In this document: in pieces, positions 50,302 through 60,714 of the stretch | Layout of the letters: each line of letters starts with the position of its first letter | Position numbering within the stretch: position 1 is the stretch's first letter | NCBI GenBank assembly: GCA_039815185.1 | Contig: JBCBZT010000038.1 | Location: 15,327 to 79,326 of the forward strand | Direction of reading: 5' to 3' | DNA length: 64,000 nucleotides | Source: Cyanobacteria bacterium P01_A01_bin.123 | GTDB taxonomy: Bacteria; Cyanobacteriota; Cyanobacteriia; Phormidesmidales; Phormidesmidaceae | Program-made: the position numbers and the translations under genes | The notes under the pieces: model-generated | Database searches by the model: none | What the model was told of the DNA's origin: nothing | The model's input: only the letters and a program-made list of their open reading frames with translations

Positions 50302-50352
50302 TCTCCAATCCAAACTCTAAACTCCAAAATTTCCACTCCCCAGGAGCAACCC

Positions 50353-50658
50353 ATGACCCCAACCCAGCCTATCCCTGCCAATCCCCAAGCAACGCCTCCA
50401 GAAGGTTTAGATCATCAGCAGATTCTCACGCAGTACATCACCGATGAATTGCTGAATGGGCGCATGCAGGTGGAGGTGGATGATGACTTGCTCGGTGGCG
50501 AGATCATCGACTCGCTGGGGATGATGTGGTTGGTTGCTTTTATCGAGGAAACTTTCGGCGTCAGCGTTCCTCTAGAAGACATTACGATCCAGAATTTTCG
50601 CACCATCGAGACGATTCAAGCCTACGTGCAGCGGAGGGAGAACCATGGTGCTGGATAA
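50353..50658 (+). CDS. Stand-alone carrier protein (PCP/ACP)
   Basis: GEIIDSLG phosphopantetheinyl Ser; IEETFGV. Confidence 0.88.
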   Translation: MTPTQPIPANPQATPPEGLDHQQILTQYITDELLNGRMQVEVDDDLLGGEIIDSLGMMWLVAFIEETFGVSVPLEDITIQNFRTIETIQAYVQRRENHGAG

Positions 50659-53600
50659 TCATCTGCTATCCCCCCCCTCAACCTCCCATCCATCTGCGTC
50701 TGGAGGAAACGGCACAGTTGCGCCTATCAGTCAGCAGATCGAAGCCCTGGCTTCAAAGTCTAATTTGACCGTGGCTCAGCTCCTGCTTTGGCTGGGGCAA
50801 AAGCTGCACCCGGCGGATCCGCTCTACAACATGGTGTTTAGCTTCACCATTGGCGGCGAGATTGACCCTTTCCACTTTCAGCAGGCGTTTCAGGCGTTGG
50901 TTAACCGCTGCGATGTGCTACGGCTGACAATTACTGAGGTTGACGGGGTACCCCATCAGTCCGTGTCTCCGGTACTGGATTATCGCCTCCCCTGTCTAGA
51001 TTTTTCGACCGCAGCAGATCCGCAAGCCTTGGCACAGCAGTGGATCCGCAATCGTGCTACCTGCGCGTTAGACCTATCCATCAGCTTGTTTGATGCGGCA
51101 TTGCTAAAGCTTGGGTCGAATCAGTTCATTTGGTACCTCAATCAGCACCACCTGAGCACTGATAACTGGTCAGTATCGCTGATTTATCGGCAGTTACAGG
51201 CTGACTACGGGCGATCGCTGGCGGGTACCCTAGCCATTGCCTCCAAAATCCCAGCCTACCTGCCCTATGCAGCAGCCCAAGCAGAACCGCCATCGCCCCG
51301 GCAGCAAAAAGCCATCCGCTATTGGCAACAAAAGCGAGAAGATTTACCGCCCCCTGTCCCCCTCTACGGTCAAACTTCCAAGTCCCTTTCGACCCGCACC
51401 CAACGTACTTACTGCGAATTGGGGATGGCCCGATCTCAAGCCCTGCGAGCTCTGGCGGCGACTCCCGAAGCGCGATCGCTTTCCGTACATCAGTCCCAGT
51501 TCAATCTGTTTTTGACCCTGCTGTTCGCCTATCTCTATCGCATCAGCGGTGAACCTGCATTGGCGATCGCATGCCCGTCCCATAACCGCCCCACCCCGGC
51601 CCTTAAGGAAACCCCTGGGCTGTTTATTGAGCTGTTTCCGCTCCAGGTTGAGATTACGCCCGACGAAACCTTTGCGTCCCTACTTAAAAAAGTGGCGCGG
51701 GAGTCTACGGCATTTCTGCGCTACGCCCAGGCGGGGATTAGCCATCACGCCGTCGATCGCAACCTGAATGTGGTGATGAGCTACATCAACGTCACCTTCC
51801 CCGATTTCCACGATATGCCTGCCCAGACGGATTGGGTTCATGCAGATGCTGGCGACGCTCAACATCATTTGCGACTGGAAGTGCATGACTTTGATGCCAC
51901 GGGTAATTTTACGGTGCAGTTCGATTTCAACGCTGATCTGATCTCTGCGGCTCAACAACAGTGCGCACCCGAGCAGTTTTGTAAGCTGCTAGATGCCTGG
52001 TTAGCCAACGGCCAGCAGCGGATTGCCACGGTGGATATCTTGGCTGACGCCGAGCGATCGCTGATTGCAGCTCCCGATCCAACACCGATCGCAGCGGCCA
52101 CTACTTCAACCCGGCCCCAAACTTTAGTCGAACGCTTCCAACAGCAGGTTGCCCATGTCCCCAACCAAACGGCGGTGGTATGTGAAACGCAACACCTGAC
52201 CTATGCACAGCTAGAGGCTGAAGCTAATCAGCTCGCCCATTACCTGGTCAAGCAAGGGGTTAGTCCAGGCACCACAGTGGGGCTGTTGATGACGCGTTCT
52301 CTATCGATGGTCGTGGCCATCTTGGGCGTGCTCAAGGCGGGTGCGGCCTATTTACCCATTGATCCGGCGTATCCAGCAGAGCGGACTGCGTTCATGGTGG
52401 CAGACGGTCAGGTAGCGGTTTTGCTGACGCAGCAGGCATTGGTGGAGAAGGTAAGTGAACTGCTGCCCTCACCCCCGGCCCCTCTCCCTGGGGTAGAGGG
52501 GAGTCGATCCAATGCTGTTTCCCTCTCCCCCAGGGAGAGGGTTAGGGAGAGGATGTTTCACGTGGACGACCTGCAGATACGGGTGATTAGTCTTGAAGCA
52601 CATTCCCAGGCGATCGCGCAAGAATCCACCACAGCGCCTGATGTGGCCTTACGGGCTGAGGGTTTGGCCTACATCCTCTACACCTCTGGGTCAACGGGGC
52701 AGCCGAAAGGGGTGATGGTGGAGCATCGCAACGTCCTGGCTATGCTGGGCGGATTTGAACAGACTGCCCCTACCGGAGAAACGTTGCGGGGAACGGCAAT
52801 GTGTTCCTATGGGTTTGACGTCTCGGTTTGGGAGCTGTTTTCAAATCTGTGCTTTGGTGGCACGGTGCATCTGGTGCCCCCAGATGTGGTCACCAGTCAC
52901 GATCGCTTTGCTCAGTATCTTGTGGCTCATGACATCACCAGCGCCTACATTCCCCCAGCCCTGCTGCGTACCGTCATTGACGTGCTGGAGCAGGAAAATG
53001 ACGCGATCGCGCTAGATCGCATTTTGGTTGGTGTTGAACCGATTCAGCAGGGTCTACTACAACGCTATCGGCAGCGGATTCCCCAGTTGCGCATCGTCAA
53101 TGGCTATGGCCCCACGGAAACCACTATTTGCGCCACGTTTCATTTATTTGAGACAGCCACAGATCTCCAGGCTAATACCCCCATCGGCAAGGCAATACCA
53201 GGGTATGAGGTGTATCTCGTGAACTCCCAGGGACAACAGGTGCCCATCGGCGTGAAGGGAGAAATCGTCATTGGAGGGGCAGGGTTGAGTCGGGGCTATT
53301 TGCATCGATCGAAGTTGATGGCCCAGCGGTTTATTGACAACCCCTTTGGCCACGGGAAACTCTACAAGACAGGCGATCAGGCCCGCTATCTGCCCGATGG
53401 CAACCTGGAATTTTTGGGACGCCTAGACCACCAAGTGAAGGTGCGGGGCTTCCGGGTTGAACTAAGCGAAGTAGAAACCGCGTTAAATCAGCATCCTCAC
53501 ATTCAGCAAGCGGTTGTGATTGCCCAGGAAACCACCTCAAACAGCCAAACCCTCGTAGCCTATTTGGTGGCCCCAGACGCCTCACCCACTAGCAGCGAGA

Positions 53601-55492
53601 TCCGCGATGCGCTCAAACAGAAGCTGCCAGCCTATATGGTGCCGAGTGTCTTCATCCTTTTGGATGCCTTGCCGCTGACCCCTAATGGCAAAGTCGATCG
53701 CCGTCGATTGTCCTCTACAGACTACGCCCAGCGGGAACGGCTCGGGGCAGATGCAGGCTATGTGGCTCCCAAAAACGAGTGGGAAACTTACCTGGTAGGG
53801 CTATGGGGTCAGTGCCTACGAGTGGCATCGGTCGGCATTCACGACAACTTTTTTGACCTGGGGGGCGACTCTATCACGGCGATTCAAATTGCGGCGCAGG
53901 CCACGGAGGCGGGTCTTGCCCTATCGCCCCAGCAAATTCTGCAACAGGCCACCATCGCCAGGCTAGTAGCGCAGATGAATCCCGCGATCGCGACCGCACA
54001 GTCCCATGCCGATACGTCGGGCACTATCCCCCTAACCCCGATACAGCAAGCCTTTTTTGAGCAAAATCTCACCGATGCTCACCATTGGAACCAGACCCTG
54101 CTGTTGGATGTAGCGTACCCCCTTGATCCGCAGGTGCTAGAAGCTGCCGTGCAGCGTTTGTTGCAACACCACGCTGTTCTGAATTTCCGGTTCGTGTCGG
54201 GAGAGTCTGGGTGGCAGCAGTTGCCGTCGGATCCAGAATTGGGTGGCAGGGGGGCAGCCCAGACCTTGCAATCACCCTCTAAGGCATCGTTCCAGTACTT
54301 AAATCTCTCCCATCAATCAACGGCGGAACAGGATCAGTCGATCGCGATCGCAGAAGCTGAGCTGCAAACCAGCCTCAATTTGGCAGTGGGTGATTTAGTG
54401 CGAGTCGCGCTGTTTAACCTCGGGGGCGATCGCCCCAACCGTCTGCTGTTGATTATTCATCACCTAGTGGTTGATGGGGTCTCTTGGCTGGCACTGCTGG
54501 ATCACCTGGAAATCTTCTACCGCCAGCTACAGGGGGAAGCTGTCTCCCTACCGCTACCCACCACACCTTTCGAGACCTGGTCAACAGGATTGGTAGCAGC
54601 AGTCTCATCAGGTGCGTTCCGATCAGAATTGGACTATTGGTTAAAATCCGCTCAGACAACGCTGAAGTCTTTATCGCTGGATGCCCCTGCTGCAGGTGAT
54701 AACACCGTTGCCTCAACCCAAACCATCACCACTATTTTGGATAGCGACCAAACGCGATCGCTCCTAAAAGAGATTCCCAAGCTTGCCCGCGCCCAAGTCA
54801 ACGAAGTGTTGTTGACGGCGCTGATGCTGACATTCTGTGAAGAATCAGACCCAACCGCTTTGCTGGTGGATATGGAAAGCCACGGGCGCGAGGAATCCGT
54901 CGTCCCTGGCGTCAATCTAGTCCGCACGGTGGGATGGTTTACCACGGTATTTCCGCTGCTGTTGAGCGTATCACCGCAGTCAGATTTGGGCGAAAAGCTC
55001 CAAGCCGTCAAAGCACAGTTACGCAGTGTACCGAGCAACGGCATCGGCTACGGACTACTGCGCTATTTGGATGACGATGTCAGGGTTAAGGAACAGTTAC
55101 AGGCGTTGCCCCAAGCAGAAATCTTGTTTAACTATCTCGGTGATTTGGAAGGGTTACTCCCCCCAAACTCCAGGTTTAAGTTGGCCCGTGAACTGTGCTT
55201 ATCTCGCAGTTCCAAAGGGCAACGGCGATACCAGCTTGAAGTCAACGCAGCAGTTGTTGACGGGCAATTGCAAGTGGCCTGGTCTTACAGTAAACGAGTT
55301 CACTCGCGCGAGACGGTTCAGGGTTGGGCGGATGGGTTGATGACCGGACTGCGATCGCTGATGGCTTATTATCTGTCGTCTGAATCTAGCCAAGAAAATA
55401 CCTACACCCCAGTCGATTTCCCCCTTGCCAATCTCAATGCTCAGAAGCTTGGCAAAATAGCCGCCCTGTTGAACAAACGCGATCGCCCCTAA
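50645..55492 (+). CDS. NRPS module C-A-T-E
   Basis: HHLSTDN, YTSGSTGQPKG, YKTGD, GGDSI, E motifs HHLVVDGVSW and RTVGWFTT, COM donor TPVDFP. Confidence 0.93.
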   Translation: MVLDNHLLSPPSTSHPSASGGNGTVAPISQQIEALASKSNLTVAQLLLWLGQKLHPADPLYNMVFSFTIGGEIDPFHFQQAFQALVNRCDVLRLTITEVDGVPHQSVSPVLDYRLPCLDFSTAADPQALAQQWIRNRATCALDLSISLFDAALLKLGSNQFIWYLNQHHLSTDNWSVSLIYRQLQADYGRSLAGTLAIASKIPAYLPYAAAQAEPPSPRQQKAIRYWQQKREDLPPPVPLYGQTSKSLSTRTQRTYCELGMARSQALRALAATPEARSLSVHQSQFNLFLTLLFAYLYRISGEPALAIACPSHNRPTPALKETPGLFIELFPLQVEITPDETFASLLKKVARESTAFLRYAQAGISHHAVDRNLNVVMSYINVTFPDFHDMPAQTDWVHADAGDAQHHLRLEVHDFDATGNFTVQFDFNADLISAAQQQCAPEQFCKLLDAWLANGQQRIATVDILADAERSLIAAPDPTPIAAATTSTRPQTLVERFQQQVAHVPNQTAVVCETQHLTYAQLEAEANQLAHYLVKQGVSPGTTVGLLMTRSLSMVVAILGVLKAGAAYLPIDPAYPAERTAFMVADGQVAVLLTQQALVEKVSELLPSPPAPLPGVEGSRSNAVSLSPRERVRERMFHVDDLQIRVISLEAHSQAIAQESTTAPDVALRAEGLAYILYTSGSTGQPKGVMVEHRNVLAMLGGFEQTAPTGETLRGTAMCSYGFDVSVWELFSNLCFGGTVHLVPPDVVTSHDRFAQYLVAHDITSAYIPPALLRTVIDVLEQENDAIALDRILVGVEPIQQGLLQRYRQRIPQLRIVNGYGPTETTICATFHLFETATDLQANTPIGKAIPGYEVYLVNSQGQQVPIGVKGEIVIGGAGLSRGYLHRSKLMAQRFIDNPFGHGKLYKTGDQARYLPDGNLEFLGRLDHQVKVRGFRVELSEVETALNQHPHIQQAVVIAQETTSNSQTLVAYLVAPDASPTSSEIRDALKQKLPAYMVPSVFILLDALPLTPNGKVDRRRLSSTDYAQRERLGADAGYVAPKNEWETYLVGLWGQCLRVASVGIHDNFFDLGGDSITAIQIAAQATEAGLALSPQQILQQATIARLVAQMNPAIATAQSHADTSGTIPLTPIQQAFFEQNLTDAHHWNQTLLLDVAYPLDPQVLEAAVQRLLQHHAVLNFRFVSGESGWQQLPSDPELGGRGAAQTLQSPSKASFQYLNLSHQSTAEQDQSIAIAEAELQTSLNLAVGDLVRVALFNLGGDRPNRLLLIIHHLVVDGVSWLALLDHLEIFYRQLQGEAVSLPLPTTPFETWSTGLVAAVSSGAFRSELDYWLKSAQTTLKSLSLDAPAAGDNTVASTQTITTILDSDQTRSLLKEIPKLARAQVNEVLLTALMLTFCEESDPTALLVDMESHGREESVVPGVNLVRTVGWFTTVFPLLLSVSPQSDLGEKLQAVKAQLRSVPSNGIGYGLLRYLDDDVRVKEQLQALPQAEILFNYLGDLEGLLPPNSRFKLARELCLSRSSKGQRRYQLEVNAAVVDGQLQVAWSYSKRVHSRETVQGWADGLMTGLRSLMAYYLSSESSQENTYTPVDFPLANLNAQKLGKIAALLNKRDRP

Positions 55493-55558
55493 AGCAGCGC
55501 AAAGCACTACACACCCCTCCCCCCTCCCCCTTCCCTTCACTCTTTACCCCCTCCCCCC

Positions 55559-56422
55559 ATGACCACCCATCACCCCACCCTCCCCATCACCCCACCTCCC
55601 CAACCCAAACCCTGCTGGCGCGTCAAGCTGGCCCAGACCGTCCTCATGGGGCGCGATGAGTCGGCAGGGCGGCTGCGGCAGATCACTCAAGCGATCGCGG
55701 TCGGCATACTCGGCAAAAAAGCCCTAGGCGAGTACATGGAGCATGTCTACGAAACCCACGCCAGTGCGTATGATCCCAGCCATTATCAGCTGGATTGCGA
55801 GGCCAAGATTCTGCCGTATCTGTCGAAATATCATGCCAGCGGTAAGCTTTTGAGCGCGTTTTGTGGTCAGGGACGAGAGGCCAGGGTCTTTGCCGATCAG
55901 GGGTTTGAGGTCACCGGAATTGATGCGAGTCCAGCCATGATCGACGGGGCGATCGCCTATGCCCAAGCCTCTGGATTTAACGCCCGGTTTGAGCGGGCTG
56001 ATTTTTTGCAGTACACCCCAGAGACGCCCTATGACGTGATCTACCTGTCGCCCTGGATGTATGGCACGTTTCCCGATCCGGCAGATCGAATGCAGTTGCT
56101 GCGGCACTGTGGGGCGATGCTTGCCCCTGGGGGAGTGATTGTCATGTCTTACATTCACCTCGTACAACCCGATCGGCTGTGGGAGAAAGCGCGTCATTGG
56201 CTTGCTTTGAGTGCGGCCACCCTGTCTGGCAGCGCGTGGCGACCCCGGTTTGGCGATCGCTTCTATGTGGGCATTTTCCATCACTTTTTTGGGCCGGGGG
56301 AACTGGCGGCAGAAGTTAACGCGGCAGGGCTGGAAATTGTGGAACAGCAGGAATCGGCCAATGGCTTATTTGATTTCTGCCTCTTATCAGCAACCGGGAG
56401 GGATAGCCATGCAGCTAGATAA
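55559..56422 (+). CDS. Class I SAM-dependent methyltransferase
   Basis: SAFCGQGRE, VTGIDAS, YDVI, LAPGG. Confidence 0.8.
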   Translation: MTTHHPTLPITPPPQPKPCWRVKLAQTVLMGRDESAGRLRQITQAIAVGILGKKALGEYMEHVYETHASAYDPSHYQLDCEAKILPYLSKYHASGKLLSAFCGQGREARVFADQGFEVTGIDASPAMIDGAIAYAQASGFNARFERADFLQYTPETPYDVIYLSPWMYGTFPDPADRMQLLRHCGAMLAPGGVIVMSYIHLVQPDRLWEKARHWLALSAATLSGSAWRPRFGDRFYVGIFHHFFGPGELAAEVNAAGLEIVEQQESANGLFDFCLLSATGRDSHAAR

Positions 56423-59339
56423 CGTCGCCGATATTTATCCCCTCTCCCCGATGCAGCAGGGGATGCTATTTCATGCTTTGAGTGCGCCTCATTCCGGCGT
56501 GTACGTCGAGCAATATAGCTGCAAGCTCCAGGGTAATCTGAAAATTCCGGAGTTTCAGCAGGCGTGGCAACAGGTGATCGATCGTCAACCCGTGCTCCGA
56601 ACTGCCTTTCTGTGGGAAGGCCTAGATGACCCCCTCCAGGTGGTGCGCCAGCAGGTGGAGGTTCCGTGGGAAATCGAAGATTGGCGATCGCATCCTCCAA
56701 CCCAACAGGTGGAACGTCTGGCTGAGTTTTTGCAGCGCGATCGCAGATTGGGCTTTGATCTGCTGCAAGCGCCGATTTCGCGCTTTCGACTGATCCAGCT
56801 CCGGGACGACACGCACCAGTTCATCTGGAGCTTTCATCACCTCTTGGCCGATGGTTGGTCTATCCCCATCATTTGGCAAGACGTACTCACCTGTTATCGG
56901 GCCAACTGTCACCGAGTGTCCCCAGCCCTGCCGCCCCTGCATCCCTATCGAGACTATATTGCTTGGCTACAGGCCCAAGATTTGACGGCGGCTGAACCCT
57001 TTTGGCGATCGCAGCTCCAAGGCTTTTCAGACCCCACCCCCCTGCCTGCAGCCAGCACTAGCCACGACATTGGGTCTCAACTCTATCGCCAACAGACTAA
57101 ATCTCTCACGCCAGCCCTTGATGATGCCTTGCAAGCCCTAGCGCGATCGCAGCGCCTAACGCTAAACACCTTAATTCAAGGGGCATGGGCACTTTTGCTG
57201 AGTCACTACAGCAGTCACGATCAGGTCACCTATGGCGCAGTCATGTCGGGGCGACCCGCCGCGCTCAAAGGCGTCGAAACTATGGTGGGCTTATTCATCA
57301 ACACGCTGCCCGTACGCGTTTCCATTCAGCCCGAGCAGTTGCTTATCCCCTGGCTGCAGGCCCGACAGCAGCAGCTCCTCGAATTACGTCAATACGAAGC
57401 TACTCCCCTCAGCGACATTCAGCGTTGGAGTGATGTCCCTGCTGGTAGCCCGCTGTTTGAAAGCATTGTGGTGTTTGAAAACTACCCGACTAATGCGCCC
57501 CCGGATCTGGGGTTTGAGATTCGCGATCGCGATTATCGAGAGCAAAGCAACTATCCCCTGGCACTGCTGGTGGTTCCGGGTGACACATTGGAATTCCTGC
57601 TGCTGTACGATCCGGGGCGATTTGAAGACGCTGCGATCGCCCGCCTGCTGGATCATCTGGAGAGCTTACTGATCGCCTTTGTTGAGCACCCCCAAGCTAC
57701 CCTTGCCGATCTGCCCCGCCTTAGCCCTGCTGACCAACAGCAGCTCGTTACCTGGCAGCAAACTAACTATCCCCAAGATGATGTACCAGATGATGAAGCG
57801 CATGGCTGCATCCACCACTTGATTGAAGCACAGGTCAAACGCACCCCCGGTGCCCCAGCGGTCACCTTTGCAGACCAAACCCTAACCTACAGCGAGTTAA
57901 ATCAGCAGGCCGATCAACTGGCGGATGCGCTGCGATCGCAGGGGGTGACCTGCGGCGATCGCGTCGCCCTCTGCCTCAACCCCTCCCTAGACCGGATCAT
58001 CAGCATCCTGGCCGTCCTCAAAACCGGAGCCGCCTACGTTCCACTAGATCCAACCTATCCTGCGGCTCGACTTGACTATTGTTTGCGAGACACGACTCCT
58101 CAGGTGGTGCTGACCCACCACTCGGTGGCGCTGCCAGATACCGGGATTCCCCGACTGTACCTCGATGATGCGGATGAGAAGGGGACGCGATTGATCGCGT
58201 CCCTACAAATCCCTTCCCCTGCTTCCCCCACTCCCCCACTCCCCCACTCCCCATCCCCCCATCCCGACAACCTCGCCTACATCATCTACACCTCCGGCTC
58301 CACCGGCCAACCCAAAGGCGTCATGGTCACCCATCGCAACCTAGTGCATTCCACCACGGCGCGATCGCAGGTTTACCCTGAACCCGTCGGGCGTTTTCTG
58401 CTGCTCTCCTCCATTGCGTTTGATAGCTCCGTCGCCGGGATCTTTTGGACGCTCTGCCAAGGCGGCACGATCGTACTGCCGCCTGACCGTATCGAACAAG
58501 ATCTACAACAGCTTGCCACCCTGATTGCCCAGCAGCAAATCACCCACACGCTATGTGTTCCCACACTCTATAGCCTGCTGCTGGATGCCGCCGAACCCCG
58601 GCATCTTGCCAAGTTGCATACCGTAATCGTCGCGGGCGAAGCCTGCCCCCGCAGCTTGGCCCAACAGCACTACGCCAAGCTCCCCGCCACCGACCTCTAC
58701 AACGAATATGGCCCCACCGAAGCCACCGTCTGGTGTACGGCACACCGCGTCCACCCCGAACTAACCCCCGGTCCTATCCCCATCGGCACCCCCATCCCCA
58801 ACACCCAAATCCATCTGCTAGATCCAACGCTAAAGCCCGTCCCCATCGGCGCGATTGGCGAACTCTATGTTGGTGGTAAAGGCGTTAGCCAAGGGTATTT
58901 GAACCAACCGGAGCGAAATGCGGCAGCGTTTATCAAGGTAGAAGGCAGAAGGCAGAAGGCAGAATCTAAGATCCAAAATCCAAAACCCAAAATCCAAAAT
59001 TCCCCTCTCCCCATCCCCCCCTCTCCCCATCCCCCCCTCTCCCCATCCCCCCCTCCCTCCCCCCTCTACAAAACCGGAGACCTCGCCCGCTACCGCGCTG
59101 ATGGCACATTGGAATGGCTTGGGCGCTGCGATCGCCAGGTGAAAATTCGGGGCTATCGGATTGAGCTGGGTGAGATTGAGGATGCGCTGCGACAGGATGG
59201 GGCGGTGCGGGAAGCGGTGGTTGTGGCCCAATCCATGGCTCCACCGCCAGATAGCGTGGACAGTCTAATGGCGGCTCTGACGGCCTTAGCACCCGAGCGG
59301 GTAGAGGCGTTACTCGCTGCAGTTGGGGAGGGGCGCTAG
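56409..59339 (+). CDS. NRPS C(DCL)-A core, ending after motif A8; His-type code
   Basis: IYPLSPMQQG, HHLLADGWS, A3-A8 present; manually read code DSALIAEVW(K); no A9, A10 or T. Confidence 0.9.
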   Translation: MQLDNVADIYPLSPMQQGMLFHALSAPHSGVYVEQYSCKLQGNLKIPEFQQAWQQVIDRQPVLRTAFLWEGLDDPLQVVRQQVEVPWEIEDWRSHPPTQQVERLAEFLQRDRRLGFDLLQAPISRFRLIQLRDDTHQFIWSFHHLLADGWSIPIIWQDVLTCYRANCHRVSPALPPLHPYRDYIAWLQAQDLTAAEPFWRSQLQGFSDPTPLPAASTSHDIGSQLYRQQTKSLTPALDDALQALARSQRLTLNTLIQGAWALLLSHYSSHDQVTYGAVMSGRPAALKGVETMVGLFINTLPVRVSIQPEQLLIPWLQARQQQLLELRQYEATPLSDIQRWSDVPAGSPLFESIVVFENYPTNAPPDLGFEIRDRDYREQSNYPLALLVVPGDTLEFLLLYDPGRFEDAAIARLLDHLESLLIAFVEHPQATLADLPRLSPADQQQLVTWQQTNYPQDDVPDDEAHGCIHHLIEAQVKRTPGAPAVTFADQTLTYSELNQQADQLADALRSQGVTCGDRVALCLNPSLDRIISILAVLKTGAAYVPLDPTYPAARLDYCLRDTTPQVVLTHHSVALPDTGIPRLYLDDADEKGTRLIASLQIPSPASPTPPLPHSPSPHPDNLAYIIYTSGSTGQPKGVMVTHRNLVHSTTARSQVYPEPVGRFLLLSSIAFDSSVAGIFWTLCQGGTIVLPPDRIEQDLQQLATLIAQQQITHTLCVPTLYSLLLDAAEPRHLAKLHTVIVAGEACPRSLAQQHYAKLPATDLYNEYGPTEATVWCTAHRVHPELTPGPIPIGTPIPNTQIHLLDPTLKPVPIGAIGELYVGGKGVSQGYLNQPERNAAAFIKVEGRRQKAESKIQNPKPKIQNSPLPIPPSPHPPLSPSPPPSPLYKTGDLARYRADGTLEWLGRCDRQVKIRGYRIELGEIEDALRQDGAVREAVVVAQSMAPPPDSVDSLMAALTALAPERVEALLAAVGEGR

Positions 59340-59340
59340 C

Positions 59341-60714
59341 ATGGCACACATTGTCTGCGTTACGGGTGGGCTAACGGGGATGCTCAACGCCAGTTTGGCG
59401 TTGGTGCAGCAGCTCGCCCAGGCGGGGCATCGCATCACTTATGCTAGCCCTGCGGATTTGAGTGCCCCGGTGTCATCGCAAGGGATTGCTTATGTTCAGC
59501 TTGATCCTTGGGTATTTCAGCCCCAGGAACCCCCGCTCAGCCGTTGGCAAAAACTGCGCACACTGCGATCGCGCCAAAAGTGGGCCGTAGATATGTTGGG
59601 CGTACAAAACTTTGTGCCCGTGATGCAAGATCTAGCCCCCGACTTGCTACTGATCGACATCGAGATGCATCCCCATATTATGGCGGCGGTGATGCATCAG
59701 CTGCCAGTGGCCCTACTGTGTCCGTTTTTGTCGATTTGGCGGCGACCTAACTTACCCCCTATCCATACGAATATTGTGCCGGAGGAAGGTTGGCGCGGTC
59801 AGCGATTAGGGATTGCCTGGAACTGGCTGCGCTATGGCTGGCGCAAATGGAAAGAATCTCAGCGCGATCGCTGGCGGCGAGTGGGGCTGGATCACATCTC
59901 GGTGATGTACTGCTATGCCCGACAACTTGGCTATCCGGCCCGAGCCAGCTTTGGGTTTAACCAGTGGCTTGTGCCCTATCCCCACAGGCACCTTCCCATT
60001 CTCTGTCTTCATCCATTAGAGCTAGATTTGCCCCACGAGCCCCATCCATCCATGCGTTATTTGGGGCCAATGGTGCTCGAAAATCGTCAGGAATCAAGGG
60101 TTAAATCTATTACAAATAAGACCTTAGAGCAGATTTTTGATAACTGTCGCTCTGCAGGGCGATCGCTGATTTATTGCGGTTGTAGCAGCTTGGCGAAGGC
60201 GGATGGCCAGTTCTTGCGGCGAGTTATGGAAGCTGTGGCAGGTTGTCCCCAGTGGGATCTAGTTTTGGGACTGGGGGGACGACTGGATCCTGAGCAGTTA
60301 GGCGATCTTCCACCCAATGTGTATGCCTTTCGGTGGGCACCTCAGTTAACAGTGCTGCAACAGGCAAACTGCGCCATTATCAACAGCGGTTCTCACAGTA
60401 TTACGGAGTGTATTCACTACGGTGTGCCGATGCTGGTTTACTCGCTTAATCGTGCGGATCAAAACGGCAATGCGGCTCGAGTTAGGTATCACAGGCTGGG
60501 GATTGCAGGCGATCTAAGGCAGGACGATGCGGTACAGATGCGTCGTCATATCCAAGCCTTACTGACTAATCCGACCTATCAAGCAGGGGTAACTCAGATG
60601 CGCGATCGCTTCCGGCGCTATACCGATGAAGATCGGACGATACAGGTGGTTGAGAGCTTGCTGGGCACTCAGCGCGATCGCCGGGGAGACAGACAGCTAG
60701 AGGGAGTGATGTAA
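59341..60714 (+). CDS. GT1 (MGT/UDPGT-like) glycosyltransferase
   Basis: LAQAGHRITY; WAPQLTVL...GVPMLV...DQ..NAAR donor-binding box. Confidence 0.82.
   Translation: MAHIVCVTGGLTGMLNASLALVQQLAQAGHRITYASPADLSAPVSSQGIAYVQLDPWVFQPQEPPLSRWQKLRTLRSRQKWAVDMLGVQNFVPVMQDLAPDLLLIDIEMHPHIMAAVMHQLPVALLCPFLSIWRRPNLPPIHTNIVPEEGWRGQRLGIAWNWLRYGWRKWKESQRDRWRRVGLDHISVMYCYARQLGYPARASFGFNQWLVPYPHRHLPILCLHPLELDLPHEPHPSMRYLGPMVLENRQESRVKSITNKTLEQIFDNCRSAGRSLIYCGCSSLAKADGQFLRRVMEAVAGCPQWDLVLGLGGRLDPEQLGDLPPNVYAFRWAPQLTVLQQANCAIINSGSHSITECIHYGVPMLVYSLNRADQNGNAARVRYHRLGIAGDLRQDDAVQMRRHIQALLTNPTYQAGVTQMRDRFRRYTDEDRTIQVVESLLGTQRDRRGDRQLEGVM

Noticed and set aside
46268..50658. Anatoxin-a cluster
   Set aside because: The A/PCP/dehydrogenase trio feeds NRPS modules; no PKS or cyclase genes in the window.
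56211..56408. N-terminal extension of the second NRPS ORF
   Set aside because: Overlaps the methyltransferase; ATG 56409 gives a typical acceptor start (DNVADIYPLSPMQ).
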